Assembly: GCA_051652765.1 (NCBI GenBank)
Contig: JBOFUV010000062.1
Coordinates: 1-36,626, forward strand
Direction of reading: 5' to 3'
Source of the DNA: Microcoleaceae cyanobacterium
GTDB taxonomy: Bacteria > Cyanobacteriota > Cyanobacteriia > Cyanobacteriales > Microcoleaceae
DNA: 36,626 nucleotides
How positions within the stretch are numbered: the first letter of the stretch is position 1; the number at the start of each line of letters is the position of its first letter. A model generated the notes under the pieces. The model was not told where the DNA came from, did not search any database, and saw only the letters and a list, made by a program, of their open reading frames with translations. This document shows positions 29,065 through 36,626 of this stretch, piece after piece. The translations under genes were made by a program, and so were the position numbers.

Positions 29065-29652
29065 CTACGTAACTGCTAGCCATTCCTGAAGTTGGGGCAA
29101 CAGTGTGTTAAAGGCTTGACCCCGATGAGAAATCAAATGTTTGGTCTCTGGGGCCATCTCAGCAAAGGTCATGCGTTCAGTCGGAACGTAGAAAATCGGA
29201 TCATAGCCGAACCCGCCCGATCCACGGGGAGCAATCAGAATTTCGCCGGGACAGATTCCTTTGCTTTGAAAGGCAATGGTACCGTCCGGGCGAGCAATTG
29301 CGATCGCACAAACAAATTGAGCTTGGCGATTAGAATTATTTCCGAGTTCCTTCAGAACCCGGTCAATACAGCCCTCGCTGGTCGGGGCATATCGGGCCGA
29401 ATAAAGCCCTGGAGCCCCACCAAGGGCATCCACGACCAAGCCAGAGTCATCAGCGATCGCCCATTGTCTAGTGGCTTGGGCAACGGTAGACGCTTTCAAA
29501 CAAGCATTTTCCTCAAAGGTGATTCCGGTTTCTTCAACCTCTAGCTCTGGTGGTTTTAAACAAAGCTCCACTGCCAAATCAGACAAGTAGGTCTGCATTT
29601 CTTGAAGCTTTCCTGGATTTCCCGTTGCCACAACCAGTATTTTTTGATCCAT
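29065..29652 (-). CDS. rdgB: RdgB/HAM1 non-canonical purine NTP pyrophosphatase
   Basis: ATGNPGK, ENACLKA, ADDSGL, PGLYSARY, GFGYDPIF and KHLISHR. Confidence 0.96.
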   Translation of the reverse strand: MDQKILVVATGNPGKLQEMQTYLSDLAVELCLKPPELEVEETGITFEENACLKASTVAQATRQWAIADDSGLVVDALGGAPGLYSARYAPTSEGCIDRVLKELGNNSNRQAQFVCAIAIARPDGTIAFQSKGICPGEILIAPRGSGGFGYDPIFYVPTERMTFAEMAPETKHLISHRGQAFNTLLPQLQEWLAVT

Positions 29653-29819
29653 TTCCTGCCTTAACCCATTAAAAATTCATGTTTAGGGCTTGACCCATCA
29701 ACCGTCGTGGATTCTGAGCCACCCAAATTCTTTCTAAAGGCAAAAAGCCTTACAACACCGTGCTTTTGCCCTCATTCTTTAAACCCATTCTCCTAAGAAC
29801 AGAAGAATGGGAACCGGAC

Positions 29820-31253
29820 TTATTGACAACTTTTAGCCCAGTCTTTTGCCCAGGCAAGGGTTTGATTCACCTGTTGAATTTCGGCAGCTTCACAATAGAG
29901 CCGGAGCACAGGTTCTGTCCCGCTAAACCGAATCAACAGCCAGCGCCCATCTGCTAATCGGAACTTGTAGCCATCAACCGTTAAGCAATCGATCACCGCT
30001 TGGCCAGCTACTTCTTTGGGCGGATTAGTTTGTAACTGTGCCAAAAGCCGTGCTCGTACATCCATGCTGGCCAAGGGCAAATCAATCCGGTCATAGGCCG
30101 AGGTAAAGCCCACCTGCTGTTGCAAGCGTTGATAAATCTGGCTCAGATCCTCGCCTGATTGCACCACGGCCTCCAAGACAAACAAGGCTGAGAGCAGGGC
30201 ATCCCGTTCAGGAATATGAATCCCATAGCCGACCCCTCCGGACTCTTCTCCCCCTACTAAAACTTTAGCGGATAGCATCCGGTCGGCAATGTACTTGTAG
30301 CCGATGGGGGTTTCATGGAGGGGCAAATTATACAGTTGAGCAATTTTGGGAATCAAGTCCGATCCGCTCACAGTTTTTACTACTTCTCCGGTTAACCCTC
30401 GGCGAGTGGCTAGGTGTTCGATTAGAATCGGGATCAAAATCTGGGAACTGAGAAAGTTCCCCTGGCTATCAACGGCGGCGACGCGATCGCTATCCCCGTC
30501 AAATACAAACCCAACGATCAGTCCTGGGGCAGATTTTTGATGGGCTTTAATCTGGCGGAACAGTTCCGGAATATATTTGGGCAGGGGTTCAGGAGCACCT
30601 CCACCAAAGAGTGGATCGCGATTACTATTGATCTCCTGGATAGGGGCTCCGAGAATCTGAGCCAACCCTCCGGCGGCAGCCCCATGCATCACATCCGCAA
30701 AAACAGTTAACTTGCCTTGGGAGATCGCCTGCTGAATTCCCTGGATATCAACTTGCGATCGCAGGGTTTCACAATAGCTCGGCCAAGGGTCAAAGGTTTC
30801 TAGGGTTCCTGGTATTGGGGCTGGGGGGACAGGGCAATCTAGGCGAGCTTCAATCTGTTGGGTAATCTCTGGGCCAACGGAACCCCCAAAGGCCCCCTTC
30901 ACTTTCAAGCCCAAATATTTTCCTGGATTGTGACTGGCGGTGATTACGATTGCTCCCAAAGCCCCAGTTTGATTTGCCACTAGGCTAAAAGCAGGGGTCG
31001 GTGCATAGGTTTCACTCAGCCTCACGTCAAACCCTGCAGCTTGAATCGCTTGGGCCGCAGCTTGAGCAAAGTCTTCTGCCAAAAACCGCCGATCATAGCC
31101 TACTAGCACCGTCCTCCCAGTGGCTTGGCTGCCGTAGACTTCTTCCAAAACTTGGGCAGCGATGGGAGCAACAAGGGTAACTCGGTCAAATGTAAACTCG
31201 GCGGCGATTATTCCCCGCCAGCCATCAGTACCAAATTTAATCGGTTGAGCCAT
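29820..31253 (-). CDS. Phosphoglucomutase/phosphomannomutase family protein
   Basis: FGTDGWRG, TASHNP, DGDSDR, GEESGG and RFSGTEP. Confidence 0.95.
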   Translation of the reverse strand: MAQPIKFGTDGWRGIIAAEFTFDRVTLVAPIAAQVLEEVYGSQATGRTVLVGYDRRFLAEDFAQAAAQAIQAAGFDVRLSETYAPTPAFSLVANQTGALGAIVITASHNPGKYLGLKVKGAFGGSVGPEITQQIEARLDCPVPPAPIPGTLETFDPWPSYCETLRSQVDIQGIQQAISQGKLTVFADVMHGAAAGGLAQILGAPIQEINSNRDPLFGGGAPEPLPKYIPELFRQIKAHQKSAPGLIVGFVFDGDSDRVAAVDSQGNFLSSQILIPILIEHLATRRGLTGEVVKTVSGSDLIPKIAQLYNLPLHETPIGYKYIADRMLSAKVLVGGEESGGVGYGIHIPERDALLSALFVLEAVVQSGEDLSQIYQRLQQQVGFTSAYDRIDLPLASMDVRARLLAQLQTNPPKEVAGQAVIDCLTVDGYKFRLADGRWLLIRFSGTEPVLRLYCEAAEIQQVNQTLAWAKDWAKSCQ

Positions 31254-31257
31254 AGTG

Positions 31258-31357
31258 ATTTAGGATCAGGGATTAGGGATTTAGGCGTTGGGAATCATAT
31301 TAAATCCAGATTCCTTCTTCCCAATCTTACTCATCCCCCGCCCTTAATCCCTAACTT
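31258..31357. repeat. Degenerate heptamer (STRR-like) arrays in inverted orientation
   Basis: GGATCAG GGATTAG GGATTTA GGCGTTG GGAATCA, followed by complementary-type CCCAATC...CTTAATC CCTAACT. Confidence 0.5.
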
Positions 31358-31449
31358 TTAGATTCAATTTCTTGTTTTGCCCAACTATACCCAACCTATA
31401 CTCTGTGGGGACGTTGTAGTCACGTCCCGGCAATATTTTCTGTCAACGA

Positions 31450-32181
31450 CTAGAAAAACGCGGGCTGATGACGAATCAGGTTGAGAAACTCTTCGCGAGT
31501 CTTCTGATCCTCTCGAAATACCCCCAACATGGCACTTGTAACTGTCCAAGACCCAGGTTTCTGAACGCCCCGCATGGCCATACACATGTGGCTGGCTTCC
31601 ATGACAACTGCAACTCCGTGGGGTTCGAGCACTTCTTTAACGGCTTCGGCTACTTGACGGGTCAATCGTTCCTGCACTTGGAGCCGACGGGCATACATTT
31701 CCACAATCCGCGCTAGCTTACTGAGTCCGATCACTTTTTGGTTGGGAATGTAGGCGACATGGGCTTTCCCCATGAACGGCAACATATGATGTTCACAGAG
31801 ACTGAACACGTTAATATCTCGGACTAGCACCATTTCTTCATGGCCTTCATCGAAGATTGCTCCGTTCACCAGATCTTCGAGGGACTGACTGTAGCCACTC
31901 GTGAGGAATTGCATCGCTTCAGCCACCCGCTTAGGCGTTTTCAGCAAGCCTTCCCGTTCAGGGTCTTCTCCCACCCCAAGGATAATAGTGCGAACCGCTT
32001 CCATCATTTGTTCATCAGTCACTTCAATCAGCGGCTGAGACTTGGCATTCCCGAGCAGGGAAGAACTGCGATCAGGACGGGTAGAAATCTTGGGGGAGTC
32101 GGTAGCCTTAACGCTATTGAGAGAGTCGTCTTGGCTAGAGACACTAGAGGGGTTGAAACCGTTTGGAGAGGAAATAGTCAT
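31450..32181 (-). CDS. folE: GTP cyclohydrolase I
   Basis: [39 protein letters not shown] and HMCMAMRG; Ser-rich N-terminal extension. Confidence 0.97.
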   Translation of the reverse strand: MTISSPNGFNPSSVSSQDDSLNSVKATDSPKISTRPDRSSSLLGNAKSQPLIEVTDEQMMEAVRTIILGVGEDPEREGLLKTPKRVAEAMQFLTSGYSQSLEDLVNGAIFDEGHEEMVLVRDINVFSLCEHHMLPFMGKAHVAYIPNQKVIGLSKLARIVEMYARRLQVQERLTRQVAEAVKEVLEPHGVAVVMEASHMCMAMRGVQKPGSWTVTSAMLGVFREDQKTREEFLNLIRHQPAFF

Positions 32182-32246
32182 GATAAATCTGTGAAATACT
32201 AGAAAGTAAGAAAAGAGAAAAATTGATGCTGAGCTAAACCCTGAAC

Positions 32247-32972
32247 TTAGAATGTGCCAGCATTGGGCATAAGGGTCAGCTCTTCAACCACAGCTTGAGG
32301 TGGAAGAAGGGCAACATGGAGAATTGACTGAGCCACCATTTCTGGAGTCAACATTGCAGACCGATCAAAGTCTGCCTCCACAGTCTCGGTATCCCAGAGG
32401 GGCGTATTCACAGCACCAGGACAGATTGCAGTCACTCGGATTCCATGGGAACGTTCCTCAACAGCTAAGGCTTTTGATAACGCCATCAAGCCAAATTTGC
32501 TTGTGCAGTAAGCTCCCCAATTTTGAAAAACTTGCTGTCCGGCAATCGAAACCACATTGATAATGGTTCCACCACCCAGATTCCTCATCTCTGGCAGCAC
32601 TCCCTTGATGCACTCAAATACGCTGGTCAGATTCAGATCCATCACGCGCTGCCAATCAGATAGGGAAGTACTAGCTAGGGCATTGGTGTACCCCATTCCA
32701 GCATTATTAACGAGGATCTCAATCGCACCCAAGGCGTTGACAATCCCTCCGATCTGTGATTGAACCTGTTCAACTCGGGACAAGTCCAAAACATAGCTAT
32801 TGGCCTCAACTCCAAACTGTCGGGCTTCTTGGGCCGTCTCCTCCAACTTGTCGAGCGAGCGACTCACTAGAGCAACATGGACTCCTGCCTTAGCAAAGGC
32901 AATTGCTGTTGCTCTACCGATTCCACTACTCGCTCCCGTAATCAGGGCTCGTTTTCTAGCAGGAGAATTCAT
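32247..32972 (-). CDS. Short-chain dehydrogenase/reductase (probably NADP-preferring)
   Basis: [21 protein letters not shown] and PGAVNT. Likely start at MNSPARK (32972) or 32978, not the ORF-track start at 33167. Confidence 0.92.
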   Translation of the reverse strand: MNSPARKRALITGASSGIGRATAIAFAKAGVHVALVSRSLDKLEETAQEARQFGVEANSYVLDLSRVEQVQSQIGGIVNALGAIEILVNNAGMGYTNALASTSLSDWQRVMDLNLTSVFECIKGVLPEMRNLGGGTIINVVSIAGQQVFQNWGAYCTSKFGLMALSKALAVEERSHGIRVTAICPGAVNTPLWDTETVEADFDRSAMLTPEMVAQSILHVALLPPQAVVEELTLMPNAGTF

Positions 32973-33345
32973 GGGCATCTGAGGGATTTTGAATTGAGCT
33001 AAAAAGTCGTAGCAAATCCATCGCAAGACAAATCTGATAGAGTTGTAAAGATTTGTTACTTCCTGATTATACCACTGAATGTTTGAGAAGAAGTTTGGTC
33101 TAAAAGTTGTACTTCGCAACTCAGGGTTAGACTGCCTTCCTTCAATCACAACGCTTCCCAAAATCATTCGGGATCAAGGAATCTAGGCCTGAAACAGACT
33201 TGAATATTATTAGACAAGTGTTTTAACATCAGCGATCCTACCGGCAAAAGCCTAAGATTAGGGATACCAATCTAGCTCCTCCTTTCAAATCCTAGGAGTT
33301 GAATTCTCTGCAAGTTGTGCCTGAATTTGATGAAATTACTAAGAT

Positions 33346-34320
33346 TTATCCCTCTATAAAGACTCCAATATGGCGGAACTTTTGGTAGCGCATTTCTCGG
33401 CGTTGCTGGCTAGTCAAATTCATTAAATCTTCTAAGGTCTCTAGCAAAGCTTGCTTTAAAGACTCAACCGCTTTCAGGGGGTTAGCATGGGCTCCACCCT
33501 CAGGCTCAGGTACGATCCGATCGATGATGCCGAGCTGCTTCAGATCGGGGGCTGTGATTTTCAAGGATTGGGCCGCTTGGGGGGCTTGACTAGCATCTTT
33601 CCAGAGAATTGCAGCACAGGCTTCTGGGGTCGCAACCGTGTAAACCGAATGCTCCATCATCAATAACCGCTCCCCAACTCCAATTCCCAAGGCTCCTCCC
33701 GAACCCCCTTCTCCGATCACAGTGCAGATGATTGGCACATCTAGACGAAACATTTCTCGCAAGTTGTAGGCGATCGCCTCTCCCTGTCCCAATTTTTCCG
33801 CCTCTACTCCGGCCCAAGCTCCAGGGGTATCAATGAACGTTAAAATCGGCATTCCAAATCGATCCGCATGTTCCATCAGCCGCATTGCCTTACGATACCC
33901 CCCTGGGGCAGCCATGCCAAAATTTCGAGCGACGTTGTCTTTTGTGTCCCGCCCCTTCTGATGGCCTAACATGACCACAGGCTGCCCTGCTAATCGTCCA
34001 ATTCCGCCCACGAGAGCTGGATCATCGGAACCACAGCGATCACCATGCAACTCCATCCATTCATCACTCATGGCCTGAATATAGTCCAGGGTGCTAGGAC
34101 GGCGGGGATGACGAGCCAGTTGTAGGCGCTGAATGGGAGAAAGAGTGCTGAAAATTTCTTGCCGCAGTTGAGTCGCACGGGATTCAAGTTGATGAATCTG
34201 GTCAGAAACATCCACTCCGTTCTCATCGGCGAGTTGCCGAATCTGGTCAATGCGGGATTCTAACTCCACTAACGGCTTCTCAAAATCAAGCAGAATCGAT
34301 TTGCGATTGGGACTAGCCAC
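33346..34320 (-). CDS. accA: Acetyl-CoA carboxylase carboxyltransferase alpha subunit
   Basis: LDFEKP, ARHPRRP, ELHGDR, RNFGM, DTPGA and GEGGSGGA. Confidence 0.98.
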   Translation of the reverse strand: MASPNRKSILLDFEKPLVELESRIDQIRQLADENGVDVSDQIHQLESRATQLRQEIFSTLSPIQRLQLARHPRRPSTLDYIQAMSDEWMELHGDRCGSDDPALVGGIGRLAGQPVVMLGHQKGRDTKDNVARNFGMAAPGGYRKAMRLMEHADRFGMPILTFIDTPGAWAGVEAEKLGQGEAIAYNLREMFRLDVPIICTVIGEGGSGGALGIGVGERLLMMEHSVYTVATPEACAAILWKDASQAPQAAQSLKITAPDLKQLGIIDRIVPEPEGGAHANPLKAVESLKQALLETLEDLMNLTSQQRREMRYQKFRHIGVFIEG

Positions 34321-34451
34321 ACTAAAACTTTAAGGTTGACGAGCGATGGATTACGCGATGCAAGCACCTAGTATTGTATCAATTTAAAATCCCTTTGAAC
34401 CACAAGACAGCCCAGACAAAATTGCATCAGTGTTCTAGTCCCAAGCAAAGC

Positions 34452-36533
34452 TCAAGCCCTAGTTTGACTTTCCTGCAATTGCGTCAACATTTCGCGGTCT
34501 TGTTTTGCAGGTTTCTTGCATTTCAATCCTTGGCAAACTAGGCCGACCACATCCGTGGGCAAGGTTTCATCCCACTTTAGAATCACAGTGGGCAAGTATT
34601 GGGAACTCAGTTGAGCAATCGATTCCCTGCGAGTTCGAACCAGAGTATTATTCTGATACCAATCCAGGGCTGAAAATAAACTTGGACAGGCTTGGGGCGA
34701 GCTTTGCATCACACTCCCCAAGGCTTGCAACCCCTGTTCAGCCCGATCCAAATATTGCAGGTCTTCTGTGAGTAAAAACAGACGGATTAAGTTACTCATG
34801 GCAATGCCATTGGCTGAGGGAGTCGCATTGTCCATGTAGCTGCGTTCTCGAACGAGTAATTCCTCTCCAGTATCGGTTGCCGTATTGTAGTAACCTCCCA
34901 GTTCCGCACTCCAGAGATCGTGATCAAACTCCTGCTGCACCTTCAGGGCAGAGTCTAGCCAGAATTCCGGGGTGATTCTGGGAGAACGCTGTTGAGTCAA
35001 GGCAGCTAAACTGGCTTGGTGTAAATCAATTAAGGCTTTAATCCATAAAGCATAATCTTCGGACTGGGCAAGAATTGCTGGGGTTCCTTCATAGTTGACC
35101 CGATGAAATCGCTCGTCAATCCATTGATTTTTGAGGATAAATTGAGCGGCTTTTATGGCAATCTCTAAGTAACTGCTTTGGTTTAATACAGTTGCAGCCC
35201 TAGACAATCCTGAAATCATTAAACTATTCCAAGCCACGATCATCTTAGTATCGGTTACCGCCGGAATTCGACCCGGCCAAGGGTAAGTTTTTGCGTCTTG
35301 ATTGTTGCGAGCGGGAGGAAAGGTTTCTAAACTTTTGGGTTCAGCGCCGTAACGAACTTTGAATAGGTTTGTCAACGCTGATTCTACCGTGGGACTGAGA
35401 ACTTCAGAATTGCTCCGCTGCAACACAATTTGTCCTTCAAAGTTCCCACTTTCTGTGATCAGAAATTCGGACTGCAGCTCCAGCCATTCTTCAGGCATTA
35501 AAGACCGGTGCAACTCTTCCCAATTCCAGACATAAAACGCTCCTTCTTCGGGTTCAGCCGCGTCCACGGCGAGAAAACTGTCCGCATCCTGGGCGGCATA
35601 AAAATACCCTTCCGGCGCAGTCATTTCCCGGGTCAGCCATTGTACAGTTCCCGCGATCGCCCTTGCAAAGGCAGGCTTCTGAACTCCTGCACTCCACAGA
35701 TTCGCCAGATACTCCACAATTTGCCCGTTGTCATAGAGCATCTTTTCAAAGTGGGGAACTGTCCAGGTGGGGTCTACGGTGTAGCGATGAAATCCCCCAG
35801 CCACGTGGTCATAAATTCCCCCCGTCGCCAAGTCCAATCCTCTCTGGGTACAGGCTTCCTGGCTATTATCACCCGAAGTGAGAGCAAACCGAATTCCGTG
35901 CAATGCCAGATCAGCATAGGGAATCATCGGGAACCGTGGCCCCCCATAAGTGTTACGGCTGATCACCCCTGTGTTCGTTTCCAAGCCCTTTTGCAACAGG
36001 TCTTCTGTCAGTTTGGCCCCAGGAAGATTTGCAGACTGAACCAGAGCATTGCGAATTTCAACCTTCAGGCTCTGTAACCGCGTCTTTTCCGTATAGTAGA
36101 ACTCCCGCACCCGCTGCAAGACCTCCAAAAATCCCGGTCGTCCATAGCGAGGATCTACTGGGAAATAGGTTCCCCCGACAAAGGGAACTAGATCATCGGG
36201 AGACAAAAAAATATTCAAGGGCCAGCCCCCTTGCCCGGTCATCATTTGTAGCGCTTGCATATAAATGCTGTCGATCTCAGGGCGTTCCTCTCGGTCAACC
36301 TTGATCGGCACAAAACATTCGTTCATGTATTGGGCGATCGCCTGATCTGAAAAAGCTTCGCCCTCCATGACCGTACACCAATGGCAACTAGAGTAGCCAA
36401 TTGACAAAAAAATAGGCTTATCTTCTTGCTGCGCCTTCCCGAGAGCTTCATTGCACCAAGGCCACCAATCAATCGGGTTTTCAGCATGTTTCCGGAGATA
36501 AAGGCTGGGAGACTGGGCGAGACGATTGGTCAT
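34452..36533 (-). CDS. Thioredoxin domain-containing protein (YyaL/DUF255, SPATA20-like)
   Basis: NRLAQSPSLYLRKHAENP, IGYSSCHWC, KVDREERP, GGWPL, PHFEKMLYDN and DNATPSANG. Confidence 0.93.
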   Translation of the reverse strand: MTNRLAQSPSLYLRKHAENPIDWWPWCNEALGKAQQEDKPIFLSIGYSSCHWCTVMEGEAFSDQAIAQYMNECFVPIKVDREERPEIDSIYMQALQMMTGQGGWPLNIFLSPDDLVPFVGGTYFPVDPRYGRPGFLEVLQRVREFYYTEKTRLQSLKVEIRNALVQSANLPGAKLTEDLLQKGLETNTGVISRNTYGGPRFPMIPYADLALHGIRFALTSGDNSQEACTQRGLDLATGGIYDHVAGGFHRYTVDPTWTVPHFEKMLYDNGQIVEYLANLWSAGVQKPAFARAIAGTVQWLTREMTAPEGYFYAAQDADSFLAVDAAEPEEGAFYVWNWEELHRSLMPEEWLELQSEFLITESGNFEGQIVLQRSNSEVLSPTVESALTNLFKVRYGAEPKSLETFPPARNNQDAKTYPWPGRIPAVTDTKMIVAWNSLMISGLSRAATVLNQSSYLEIAIKAAQFILKNQWIDERFHRVNYEGTPAILAQSEDYALWIKALIDLHQASLAALTQQRSPRITPEFWLDSALKVQQEFDHDLWSAELGGYYNTATDTGEELLVRERSYMDNATPSANGIAMSNLIRLFLLTEDLQYLDRAEQGLQALGSVMQSSPQACPSLFSALDWYQNNTLVRTRRESIAQLSSQYLPTVILKWDETLPTDVVGLVCQGLKCKKPAKQDREMLTQLQESQTRA

Positions 36534-36626
36534 GGTGACACCTAACTCAGACAGAGTCCGTTAATTGCCCCTTAGTGTAGCGCAAGGGATCACCGCCCAA
36601 CACAACTCTTCAACCGAGCAAAACTA

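Noticed and set aside
32979..33167. Long N-terminal extension of the SDR
   Set aside because: The SDR fold starts right after MNSPARK; the upstream part looks like promoter DNA that happens to be open.

Overview
Chromosomal, mostly housekeeping DNA from a cyanobacterium. I counted at least 24 HIP1 octamers (GCGATCGC) by eye, and there is an NtcA box before glnB, a cyanobacterial-type ilvB with a C-terminal zinc ribbon, and the accA-SDR-folE order. The window holds 24 protein genes, including a partial comEC that the ORF track missed, plus tRNA-His(GUG). I see no CRISPR array, prophage, integrase or transposase. The best leads are: (1) a secreted/membrane protein fusing pentapeptide repeats, a ComEA-like helix-hairpin-helix and a K+-channel-like pore segment, about 5.4 kb from comEC; (2) a candidate attenuator (8-codon u[11 protein letters not shown], hairpin and intrinsic terminator) just upstream of a wHTH-SAM methyltransferase, next to a nested REP/MITE-like composite; (3) a GtrABC-like lipid-linked glycosylation cassette beside the tRNA-His 3' end; (4) a REC-GGDEF-EAL protein with two catalytic EAL substitutions; (5) an RTX-tailed subtilase with Glu in place of the catalytic His; (6) recurrent 11-15 bp tandem duplications at gene 3' ends. 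All family calls come from motif recognition, not database searches.
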